Origin: Isurus oxyrinchus
Taxonomy: Eukaryota
Length of the DNA stretch: 64,000 bases
NCBI GenBank assembly: GCA_026770705.1
Contig: JANJGN010000151.1
Coordinates: forward strand, 124,001 to 188,000
Direction: 5' to 3'
Below the pieces are notes generated by a model. The model ran no database searches, was not told the origin of the DNA, and saw only the letters and a list, made by a program, of their open reading frames with translations. Below, one piece after another: positions 11,613 through 22,900 of this stretch. Numbering within the stretch: the first letter of the stretch is position 1; each line of letters opens with the position of its first letter. Made by a program: the position numbers and the translations under genes.

Positions 11613-13459
11613 GGTGCCTGGTTTAGACTAACAGAATGACTTCTATTCCGACATGAAAAAGTAAACGGATATCCGGGAGAGGCTTCACTTACCCTGCATT
11701 TGGAAACTCGGGGGCGATTCACAGGTATAGGATTGGCTGGTCTCTCAGTACTGACGACAGTTGTGCACCAATTAATGTTAATTTTAATATCAACGACTTG
11801 ATCTGGCTGTCTTCCTGTATCGCTATGTTTTTCCATGTCAATGGCTCTGTCTTCGTACCTACGTCTGCCTTTCAATCTCTTTTCTCTCCCGTTCTCAGTC
11901 GTTCCGTCTCTCTGAGCCTCTTTCGCTCCTGTCTCTCTGCGCCCCTTCCCCTCTTTCAATTGTTATCTCTCTTTCTCCTTCTGTCGTGTTCCTGGGAGTG
12001 CAGAACGTAGAAAGTCCAATATCTCCCAATCTACCATTCAAAGAGTTCTCCAAACAACGCGCTCAAGTGTTAGGGGAAGATATAATAGACAATATATAAA
12101 AACCACAGAGCAGAAACATGTTTAAAATGGAAGCAGCTACACTTAAATCCCACACTATATAGGTTAGGTGTGTATCAGGAGTCAAACTGACATAATTTCT
12201 TTCGGTGGACATTTAAATGTCGGAATCTTACCGGGGCCTCTGTCATTTCATTATGCTTAAAACGAGCATGAATTAACAGGTATGCCTGGCATTTTGAAAA
12301 TAAACAAAGACAATCACTAGAATTTGAACTGGAGTTGGTACTGGTTCCATGCATAGGTTCACCTGTATTAAAGAATATTATAATAGGGGTAAGAAGAACA
12401 AGAAGAACGCGGCATAATCAAGCAAGAACATCATTCAGTAATATGCGAATTTAGTGTATTGTCGGGAAAACGCTATTTGCCACACATCAGCACAAGACGA
12501 AGCGCACACATCGTGTTTGTGCACTGGAGCAGCTACGGGCCCACGCATTCTGTGGTTATGTTACCATACTGGCAATCTGAGGTAACTGGTTTAATAATCC
12601 GACTACTTGATTTGCATTCAGACCACGGCGCTTGAGGAATTTAATTTCTGCTGATAAAATAAACGTCTGGAGTTAAAGCTAGTACTGGTGGTGGCACGAC
12701 ACTGTTGGATGGTCATAAGTCCCAGCTGGCTCGATAATGTCTTTGACGGAAAGCAATCCAGGGTCTTTGCCCGTTCCGCTTACCAATAGAAATATGGGCG
12801 ACTTTTAACCACCCGGTATAATACCCGTTTCATGAAAACTGCTATGAAAACCATAAGCCAAATATAGATTGCGGATGTTTAATCGTGATTCAACTCTGTC
12901 TCTCCCTCAGTTTTTTTCCCTGAGCCTCAATCTGTTTCTCCCCCAAACCTTCCTCACAGACGGGTTTAAAAACAGGTATTTAGGCGAATGGGGAGCCAGG
13001 TGTTGCTCTGGTCCATAATGTGCAGCCAATGTAAACAGCACAAGTCGTTCATATCTGGGCCCAACCACAAAAACGGCTTCTAACACCCCGCAAAATACTA
13101 AGGTCTTCGTTTCCAAAACCCGAAGCGGATTTTATTTTTTTTATGAGCTCGATTTAAGTACAGGAGAAATAGGAACATTAAACCCACTGATGTGATTCGT
13201 GCCCATCACAAATAATAATTGTCCTAACCACTGGTTTCGAACGCAATTCATCGAGAGGGAAAGGTCAGTGTTTGATCCGCTGCCACACCCTGTAACCAAT
13301 CACAAGTTGGAGACCATCACCCTCTCCCTGGCCTGGATTTGACCCAGGTCCCACATGGATGAAAGTCAGAGTCTGACCCGCTGCCAATTCATAAGGTCAC
13401 AGAGAGAGAATACACCCTTAATGTCCCAGTTCTCTGTAATAAACACCGACTCGTGGCTG

Positions 13460-13560
13460 CTGGAGTCACGTCAGGCCAATCAGATCCAGTGATTTCAGCT
13501 CTTTCGATCCCATATCCTCAGGAAGTGACGTCAGATCCGCCTCAGCCAATTGACTCAGCT
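13460..13560 (+). promoter_or_regulatory. V promoter with CRE, ETS, CCAAT and AP-1 motifs
   Basis: GGAAGTGACGTCA (13521-13533), two CCAAT boxes and TGACTCA (13551-13557), about 60-150 bp upstream of the leader ATG. Confidence 0.7.
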
Positions 13561-13618
13561 TTTCTTGTCCGGTCTTCTGCCGACTTCTGAGACACAAAAC
13601 TTCTCCGGAGCAGCAGCA

Positions 13619-14657
13619 ATGCGGCTCTCCGTTCTCGCTGTGGTCTGGGTCACATTCATTGTCGGTAAGAAGTTTAAAATTTGAAAAAGGGGCTTAATTT
13701 CTGGGAGAATCAATTTAAAAAGCGGAAAATTCATGTTAACCATGTTTCGGATCTTGATCGGACCACACTTGAATTTATGGGGAAATGTTCTGGTCTTTAA
13801 TCAGACGAACACAGACCACAAAACAAAATGAAAAGAAACCCAATTACAATTATGGTACTGGAATTCAGCAAGAACTGTACAGACTGGGGTTCTACCCTCT
13901 GGTAAAGAGAAACTGAGGCGGAACCGAATAGAGGTCTTCAAAATGATGAAGGAGTTCAACGGAAACTATAATTCCACTTGTGGAGGATTTCTAAAGTATG
14001 AGTTATAAATATAAGAGTCACGAAAGAGACTCAATAGGGGATCCATGACAATTATCTTTACTTTTTAGAATAAGGAATTCAATGCTACAAGGAGCAGTTG
14101 AGACAAAGACTAGTTTTAATGAAGGGAAACGAGATAAGTGGAAGAGGAAGAAAAGGTTGGAAGGATTTGCTAAGAGAGTGAGGATGCTCTTCGGGGATGA
14201 AAACACGGAGATGGACCATTTAGGCCGAATGAACTGTTGTATGCTCGAAATTACATTTAATATATGTAACACTGGCTGTGAATTTTCACCCTCAGTTCTG
14301 TTCCGTGAAAGTTTTAATCGCTGATTTCCTCTTTCTTTAACCGTGTGTTCCAGATCTGAGCGATGGAGTTTCTGTTACTCAGCGGAAATCCTCAGTCACA
14401 AAGACAGAGGGAGAAGATGTCGCTTTAAACTGCACCTATACCGACGATGCCTATTACTTATTCTGGTACCGGCAGTACCCAGGCAGACAGCCCGAGTTTG
14501 CAGTCCGGAGGCTCCCGGGCGGCGGTTCAGAATTTAAGGCGGATTTCGCTCAGAGCCGGTTTTCTGATACAGTCCAGCGGACGGACAAGTCGTACCGATT
14601 GACTATCTCGGAGTTGCGGCTGTCTGACGCCGCGGTCTATTACTGTGCACAGAGTCT
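13619..14657 (+). CDS. Intact TCR alpha/delta-type V segment: leader 13619-13664, V exon 14354-14657 (not in the ORF track)
   Basis: MRLSVLAVVWVTFIV|DLSDGVSVTQRKSSVTKTEGEDVALNCTYTDDAYYLFWYRQYPGRQPEF..LSDAAVYYCAQS; no stops; CR1-like fragment in the intron. Confidence 0.93.
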
Positions 14658-14696
14658 CACAGTGATGGGAACGAGAGAAAACCTCGCACAAAAACT
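14658..14696 (+). other. 23-RSS
   Basis: CACAGTG, 23 bp, ACAAAAACT. Confidence 0.95.
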
Positions 14697-15755
14697 GCTG
14701 CAGTTTTCTGGGGCACAGCTGGTGTCTGTTGAGGGATGTTTATAACAGCGGGTCAGACACTGACACGTCAGTCCATCATGTACGGACACAATCCACATAA
14801 GCACCATCTAAAATCGCTCACATTGAATATTGATTCAGTCTGATTACTGTATTAAATGTGTGGGGCAGAATCCTGTTGTTTATTTGGGAATGTCTCAGTG
14901 GTCGCCATATCCATTGAGAATACAAACACATGAAGGTGGCCGGGATCCATTTATATCGGTGCACTGCTGTTTATGAAAGAACTCACGGCAAAGGAACAAA
15001 TGTTTCTCTTTTAAGTTGAAATAACCAGTTGTGGGACATAAGGCCACCAGGTGAGGAGGATCCGAATAAAGATAATGGTCTCATTAAATATCTCTCAATG
15101 TTAGTTGCTTCCATATATTGAAATTAAGAATCTATAATATAAACAGGCACAAAGAGGTTATTTTCAAGACATGATTAGAAGCTGATGAACAATGATTAAT
15201 AGATTGCATAATCGACAAGGACAGGCTGCTGTGTCTTAGGCACCGGAACAGATGTTCAGACAACCGACTGAATACTAAAGCTTTTTTTTTAACAGTGTCA
15301 GAAAGTTTGAGCACTGGATGCGCTTTGGGAAATATGAACACACCAGATAAGGCTTCATGAAAATGCAAAGCCTTTGTTCTTCTTTGCTGCGCGTCCCTTC
15401 AGTGATATATAACTGATGCTGCATTTGTGTTGTATGTACCCCCTGTACCGGCTGGAACATAAGGTCAACTACTTTGCTCAGCATTTCTGCCGTTGTACCT
15501 TTCATTTACAAAATGGGATGAATTTTCTGAACACATTTTACATGATGTTCAGAATGCATTCAATGTAAATGGAAAATTTCGAAATGCCGCACCTGCTACT
15601 AGCCGGTTGTTACTTATTTGGATTTACTTTCAATGAGCACATTCCGGTTAGATGCTTTGAAAGTCTTTGTTCCTCCCCACTCTACCCGCCATTCCGTTCG
15701 ACGGGTCGCGTTTCTGCAGTGTTCCTCTACGAGGAAGGCTCCGTCTGGTTCCTGT

Positions 15756-16263
15756 CACTGTGTCTCTCAGCCCGCAGTAATACACCGCGCTGTCAGGCAG
15801 CCGCAGGTCACGGATGGCGAAATTCTCCTCACTTCTGGAAGTGTCGAGAGATGCAGATAATCGAGCCCTCGCGCCCTCTGCAGTGAAAACAACCCCAGCG
15901 GAAGGGATACAGGTGAATATTGTGGGGGCTTTCTCGTCGTCCTGACGGTACAGTTGCAAGAAGCAGAAACCAATCGTGGTCGAATAGCTGAAATTAATGG
16001 TCAGCGAGTCTCCTTCAAACTGTGCCCCTGCAAGCGGCTCCTGTAACACCGAGTCTGCAGAAAATTTAAAGTACAGAACTTCAACTTCTTATTATCACTG
16101 TTACAATCAGAGTTATCATGTTAACGGAGCCCTTTACAAATAAAGGGAAAACATAGTTAAAAGGAAGATCACTGTGCCAGTATAGCCTGCAAAATGAAAA
16201 TTGCGTAACTTGGCTATTTACCAGTTAAGAGAATCACAGCTGTGAAGAATGAACAGACAACAT
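15756..16263 (-). pseudogene. TCR V pseudogene (family D, non-canonical)
   Basis: 42-nt frameshifted leader (16263-16222); open V exon 16054-15763 with Phe23 and Leu41, ending DSAVYYCGLRD; heptamer CACAGTG but nonamer degenerate. Confidence 0.88.
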
Positions 16264-17445
16264 GTTTGCAGAGCCGATGGTGGATTTGAATAGATTGATT
16301 CCAGAATTGTTTTAGTCAAGAGTTAAGAAGATGTTGAATAATATCCAGTCCTGCGCCCGATTGGTTTATTCCTGACTGAGCTCACAGCTCTTTGTCCTTC
16401 AATTCACCCAATCAGCTCACAGTTCCTTCAATCCGTGACGCCAGAGAGCTCCAAATAAGGAGAGAGAGCATAAGAACATATGAAACAAGAGCTGGAGTCG
16501 GGCATTCTGTCTCTCGACTCTGCAGCACCAGCTATCTCTAATCTAGCTATCTAACTCTCATCTACCTTCCTGCACTGTCCCCAGATCCCTTGTTTCCCTT
16601 CATACCCATAGATCTAGCAACCTCAGTCTAACATCAGCTCAGCGACTACGTTCTGAAGTAGAGAATAATGAAAACTGCATTGAAGCCGATATAGTTTCTT
16701 TAAGGGGGTCAATCTTTGATGCGGAACGATAATGGGTAATATTTAAAGTTGTTCTCTGACCAGTGTTCGAGTCTCCCGTTAAAAAAGCTTCTCAATGACC
16801 ATGAAAAATACTCACAGCCGGTAGAAAGAGGGATTTCACATAGAATGCCGCACATTCTGCACCCCGCCAACATCACCCCATATTTCTCCCCCACCACCAC
16901 CCCCCCCCCCCCCCCATACCACTTGTTTCTCCCTCTCTCTTCCTCTTTCTCCTCCAGCTTTGTCTACTTGTTTCCCTCTGGGTTACTCTTTTTCTCTCAA
17001 TATCACTTTCTGCCGATTTTACTCTCTCTTTTCTCTCGATGGGACTATTCACTCCTGTTTTTTATTAAGTTGAAACGTGAAGTAATTCTTGGAGGTAATG
17101 TGGTCCAATAATCACATGTCCAGAATTAGCACAAAAGTATGGAAGTTACTGACCTAATTCAACTGTATTTGGGTTGAAAATTCTTCATCAAATGTCCCAG
17201 TAGAGCCCTGCTGTGTCCAGGCGAAGCCTCTCACACGGCATTGGAAAAACTATGGCGGCACAGACCCACACAACGGACACACGCAGAGATAAGCACACAG
17301 AGAAATACATAAAAGCACTTGCAGGTGCACACACAGACATGTAAAATCAAACACGTACTCTGAAGTGCATCAACTCAAGCACGCACGCACAGGCACACGA
17401 GGCCAAGGAGAACCATACATACACAGAGAGACATATGTCTATAGA

Positions 17446-17695
17446 GAGATCAATTAAAGATCAAACTGTCTCTCAGATGAATTAGAGAGAAAACTGTCTC
17501 CCATGATCGATTAGAGATTAAACTATCTCTCAGATCCATTAAAGATTAAACTCTTTTCCGCCTTTTTGTGCTAATTCTAGACATACGATTAATGGGCCAC
17601 ATGGCCTCCAGGAAGTACCTCACTTTTCAACTTTAGTATCTCAGATCGATTAACGATCAAACTGTCAAATCAATTAAGGATCAAACTGTCTCTGA
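17446..17695 (+). repeat. Minisatellite of about 28 bp (agatcaattaaagatcaaactgtctctc), about 6 units, interrupted
   Basis: Visible tandem units on both sides of an insert at about 17555-17636. Confidence 0.8.
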
Positions 17696-18801
17696 CAAAT
17701 TCGGGTCTGAGGAGAGGAACAAACGGAAGCTGTGGCCAGAGATGCAGCAGATTGAAAACTGATACAAGTGCGCGGCGATGAACAGCTGCAACCGGAAGTG
17801 TTGGAGCGGAAATAGCGACGGTTGAAGCTCCAGGAGACCGTGAGCATGCTGCACCTGTTCACTCATCAAGTGACTGAGAATAAATAGTGTGGGAGTGGCA
17901 GGAAGGGAGCAGAAGCATTGTAAGTTAGGGGATGGAATGAGGACCGTATTTGTGTCTATTTGAAAGACCGATCCCAATCGCCTTTCAGAGCCCGCATTTT
18001 CCACGTTGTTTTCCTTTTCCAAATTATGACAATTCCGCATTGAAATTTATGATTGAATCCTCTTTCTACATTATTTCAAGCATCGTATTCAAGATGGTAA
18101 CATATACAATGTAATAAATAAAACAAATCTTTCCCTATAATCTTTTCATGAAATCGAAGTGATTCGGTTATTGAATCTTCTGACAATGGAAGAAATTGCG
18201 TTCTACTCTGAGTAAAGGACAATTTTTGGCACATCAATTGAATCTCTCTTCTACCTTCTTTGTTGCGAGGATAAGAATCCAGGTTTGCCTAGTCTGTTCG
18301 CATAAATGTCCACATGTCTGGTGCCATTCTGATGTGAAGCGACGGCACTTTCTCCAAACTCTTGACATTCCTTCTACTTCGTAGTGCTCAGGATTTGGAC
18401 AGAGAACTCCAGCAATCATTTCTACAGATTTAACATCAAGCCCAACCTAAACATCAGCAGCCGCAAAGACTGTCTGAACAGCTCCAATTCAGATTCCTGG
18501 GGAGCATTCGTTTGCTGACATGCATTTCAATAAACCCTGAATCCATTCAACGGCCGCATCCGAACGCTGGTTTAACCGAAATCACCAGCGGAGGGTGCCA
18601 AATTCAAGCAGGGGCGTCATAAGTCACGTGGTGGAAACGCCAAAACCAATAGGGATGGTTTCCTGAGTGAGGTCACAATGGGCCTTGCCCCCTGCAGTGT
18701 GCGGGTGGAACAATGAGCTGGGCAGAGCCCGGGTTCCCTCTCTCCTTCTCCGTCTCTCGCTCATTCCATTCACATTCGTTGAGAGAGAGATTCAGTCTGA
18801 C

Positions 18802-19330
18802 ATGTTGCTGATAATACTGACGGCGTTGTTCGACAGTAAGTACTGGATTTAGTTAATCAAGGCAGATCGGTAGTTTAGTGTATAGAGATTGCGATAGTAT
18901 TTAATAGAATTCACGATCAGAAATATCCATAGTATGGACAGCTAGGTAGATAGGAGGTTCTGCAAACCCAAACAGCTACCAACAAATTGAGATCAACACT
19001 GTTTAACCGCTTGATATTTCATTCCTCTACCTCACAGGCGGACGATGCGCAGATCCAGTAACTCAGTTCCCGGTCGCAATAACGGCGTCGGAAGGGGGTT
19101 CGGTGCAATTAGACTGTGAATATACAGATCGGAATCTAAACTACATGCAATGGTATCGGCAGCAGACGGCACAGCCACTAACATGGATTATTACCAATGC
19201 TTTAGCACTGAAGAAAAATGAAATTTCAGGACGGTATCTGGCAGCTGCTGATATGTCTCAAAAGAACGGTTACCTCAACATAAGCGAACTGAGTGTGGAG
19301 GACGGTGCGGTGTATTATTGTGCAATGAGT
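18802..19330 (+). CDS. Intact TCR alpha/delta-type V segment (family A): leader 18802-18835, V exon 19038-19330
   Basis: MLLIILTALFD|SGRCADPVTQFP..LDCEY..MQWYRQ..EDGAVYYCAMS; all canonical residues present. Confidence 0.93.
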
Positions 19331-19369
19331 CACAGCGTTAGATCACAGCTAGAACCCCGTACAAAAACC
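19331..19369 (+). other. 23-RSS
   Basis: CACAGCG, 23 bp, ACAAAAACC. Confidence 0.93.
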
Positions 19370-19539
19370 TCAGTGAGCACTTACAGCTTCGATAAGCTTT
19401 CTTATGTGCTTTTGTGGATGGGAAGGGTTTCATCCTGGGTTCCTGGAAAGCAAAATAGACAGGTCTATTTACTGCAGTTTTATTGCTCTTTTTCTCCTTG
19501 TCTAAATCCACAGACAGTTTTGGGGGGGGGGGGGGGAAT

Positions 19540-19870
19540 GTTTGTTCGTTCATGGGATGTGGGCGTCACTGGCTAGGCCAGCATTTGTTGCCCACCCCCA
19601 AATTGCCCTCGTTCAGTTGACATTTTAGAGTCAACCACATTGCTGTGGGCCTGGAGCCACATGTAGGCCAGGCCAGGTAAGGACGACAGATTTCCTTCCC
19701 TAAAGGACAACAGTGAACCAAATGCGTTTTTACAGCAACCGTTTTATGGTCATCATTATACATTTAAATTGAGTTTATATTCTACTTAGCAGGACTCGAA
19801 CCGGAGCCCCCAAAGGGTGAGCCCGGATTCTTAAAGCACTATTGCAGGAATAATACCAGTACACCATCGC
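19540..19870 (-). mobile_element. HE1-type SINE
   Basis: Reverse complement of the SINE body and tail seen at 54788-55158. Confidence 0.78.
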
Positions 19871-20143
19871 GTCCAACGGTATTTCCATGCAGCTATTTGT
19901 AGCGTAACTGGTTTCGACCTTACTCGGAATATCGATTTGCCAACAGAGGTAATGAAATCTCTCAGAAGTGGAGTTCCTATAGCTAATAATTATGGGCTAT
20001 TCTTACAGCACTGTTAACTCAGGTGGACCCAGGGCGGATAGTTGGAGGGTGGACTGATCAGTTTATTGTACCTTTTTCCACAAGGACTACATTTAGTTTT
20101 CCTTGTATATATCATTATGTTAATTTCATTCTTGTTTTGGCAG

Positions 20144-20463
20144 TTACTCCTTGTCACTGGGAAACAAATTCTGATATTGGTTTATCGGGAACGCAAGGAC
20201 AATCATTTTGCTTCACCATAACTCTACCTTCGCTGCAAATGAACTTATATTCTTGCACCGTCAATTTTCTAATTGCGCCCCCAGAGCATCTCTTCTCCAT
20301 ATTCAGTGATGAAAGAGTTGAAGGAAGATTTAAAGTATCTGTGGACCATATGAAAGGCTCTACCACTCCTACCATTCACTCGGTTCAGTTCTCAGTTGCT
20401 ACGGTGTAGAACAGTGCAGTGAAACACGTGGAGTTACGGAGGGGAGGAGACTGCACTAGAACT
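20144..20463 (+). pseudogene. TCR V pseudogene (family E, no cysteines)
   Basis: ILLHHN..HRQFSN..ERVEGRFKVSVD..V*NSAVK; RSS CACGTGG, 23 bp, ACTAGAACT; paralog of 41674-41991. Confidence 0.75.
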
Positions 20464-20627
20464 CATTCGACATGCGGACTGGGGAGACAATCAGGACATG
20501 GGCTTTAGAAGCAGGAGCGATTCTGCAAAAAAACCTGTTCATCATTCGAGTAACTGAATAAAAATATTTTTAATTATTTCATAATAATACAGCATACAGA
20601 TTAACGACCTCTATAAAAATAAATCAC

Positions 20628-20920
20628 GCATGGAAAGGATCTTTCCTCTTGTGGGAAAACCTAGAACTAGGGGTCACTATTTAAAAATAAAGGGTCTCCT
20701 ATTTAAATCAGAGATGAGAAGAAGATTTTCTCTCAGAAAGAGTATGTCTTTGGAAACCCCTGCCTCAAAGGGCAGGGGAAACAGGGTCTTTGAATGTTTT
20801 CAAGGAGAGGGTGATCGATTTTTGATAAACAAGGGAGTGGAAGGTAACCGACGTTAGGTGGAGGTTACAGTCAAATCAGACATGACCTTATTGGATGGCG
20901 GCGTATTTGTATGCTCGTAT
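20628..20920 (+). mobile_element. CR1-like LINE 3' fragment
   Basis: RIFPLVGKPRTRGHYLKIKG..FKSEMRR, typical of the CR1 ORF2 C-terminus. Confidence 0.75.
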
Positions 20921-21054
20921 GTATCTGGCATCCTGAAATTTGATTGACATCGTTATTTGATGATTAAGGTGTTCGCAAGCATTACATTCTTCCGAAATGA
21001 ACAATCACAAGCTCATCAGTTGCGGATTTATGAATTTATGAACAAGATGCCCAC

Positions 21055-21317
21055 CTATTTATGCAAATGAACAGGCACTGTCCTACTGACGTAGGCACGT
21101 CAGAAAACTGAGTCAAATAGTCTAGGAATTAATATTAAATAGTAACGGTAGCATTAGCAAAACAATGAAAAGATAGAACTTCCAGTAATAATAAAACTAA
21201 AGCTACAAAAACCATAATCACGTGGCAGAATAGTGATGCAGCAATATCATGCTGCAATATTCGAGAATAAATTGAGAGTCGTTGTTTTACAGGCAGGATC
21301 CCACTAGATGGCGCTCC
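21055..21317 (+). promoter_or_regulatory. Octamer, CRE-like and CTCF module
   Basis: ATGCAAAT (21061-21068), TGACGTAG/CACGTCA and CCACTAGATGGCGC (21301-21314); paralog at 42290-42545. Confidence 0.5.
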
Positions 21318-22522
21318 GGACTTATCTTTGTAGAAAACGGACCAAGCCATCAGTTCACGGCTCTGACACGTGACAGTTGGGGAATGCAGGAAATATTTTG
21401 ACGTTGTGAGACGTTACTGTAAACAATAGTGTATATAGGTTAAGAATCGATAGGTGAATTATAGAGGATACTTATTGGTTGAGGCATATAAATCATCACA
21501 TTTCTTGGTCCAATGTCACTGCATAGTCCGAATTAAAAGGTTATCGCATTGAAAGCGAGAGAGAGAGTGAGAAAAAGAGAGAGATAGAGCGGGACAGAGA
21601 GACAGAGACAAAGAGACAGAGAGAGAGAGATAGGCAGGGAGAGACCAGTCCATCTGCTCGTGACCGAATATTTTGGTCACTATTGGCCACAACTTCAAAG
21701 TATCAGGAAAATACCTGGACAATCAAATCCCTTCACTCCACTATAAGAGTCAGGGTGACAACCCTTTCTGGCAGAGAATCAAACATTCCCACTGCCCACT
21801 GTGTAAATAATATTACTAACATCAGAACAGCGGCTACACTGGAAAGGTACTTCGTGCGGTTGGGAAGTGCTTACTGACATCCTCCTTCTGTAAGAGGCTA
21901 TTTCTCTTTTCGTGTGATATTTGATTCCAGGGTTAAAATGTAATGGCTCCCTGCTTCCAGAAGGCCGGTAAAGTTTATTTCTTTAAATTTCCTTCTCTTT
22001 ATTTCAATCCTTTTTCCTGGGTTATGCTGTTCAGGGGTCCCCATGTCCTGGGATTACCAGAATTCTGTCTCCAGTCTGTTCACAGATTCTGTCCGCATGT
22101 GTAATCTGTCGGAAACAACAATCCGGGAATTTACTGAGGAGACGCTGACGGAAACTGACTTCCCGTTCCGGAGGGCCAGTGATCGAGTCGCCGAGAGGTC
22201 ACTGCACCCCGTATGTTAGTCATCAGCCTGATCACCACTATAAACGATTTGTATTCATTTCCTTGAACGTGTGTATATAAACTATATACATTTGCAAAAA
22301 GGTGTACGTGCATAACAATACAAAGGCCCTTCCGCCAAAACTACTTATCAGCCGAGAGTCAGTTACCCGCCCTATCGCCTCTGAGCAAGAAGCTTCAGGA
22401 GACTTGTCCCCCAGGATCTTTAACGACTCATCACTTCAGTCCTCAGGGAAATATGCACCGTCAGAGGGGCCGGCTTTCGGATGAGTGGATCACATGACCA
22501 CTATTCTGAAGCAGAGAAGGAA

Positions 22523-22900
22523 AGTTGGCCTGGACAATATTTCTCCACCAATCACCGTCACTGAAAGGGTTGTGGTTGTTGAAGGTCAGTCATCTCAGTT
22601 CAAGGACATCACTGCAAGAGTTCCTGAGTAGTGTCCTAGGCCCAACCACATTCAGCTATTTCATCAGTGACCTTCCTTCCATCATAAGGCCAGAAGTGGG
22701 GACAATGTTCAGCACCATTCGCAACTCCTCAGATACTGAAGCAGCCCATGTGCAAATGCAGCATGATCTAAAGCTTGGGATGAGAAGGGGCAGATAACAT
22801 TCAAGCCACACAAGTGCCAGGCAATAAATATCTTCAACAAGAGAGAATCTAACCATGGCCGTTTGACATTCAATTACACTACCATCACTAAATCCCCTGA
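22523..22900 (+). mobile_element. HER1-like LINE RT fragment
   Basis: SVLGPTTFSYFISDLPSIIRPEVG; homologous to 59155-59480. Confidence 0.75.

Noticed and set aside
15275-15505. Similar ORFs at 15.3 kb and 51.2 kb as a conserved small gene
   Set aside because: Similarity is explained by the duplicated non-coding flank of family D; no splice or codon-level support
17446-17695. CRISPR-like reading of the 28-31 bp repeats (also 53117-53240)
   Set aside because: Head-to-tail repeats without spacers in vertebrate DNA are minisatellites
21135-21215. Signal-peptide-like ORF MVFVALVLLLLEV
   Set aside because: No splice donor, T-rich composition, and frame not preserved in the 42.4-kb paralog
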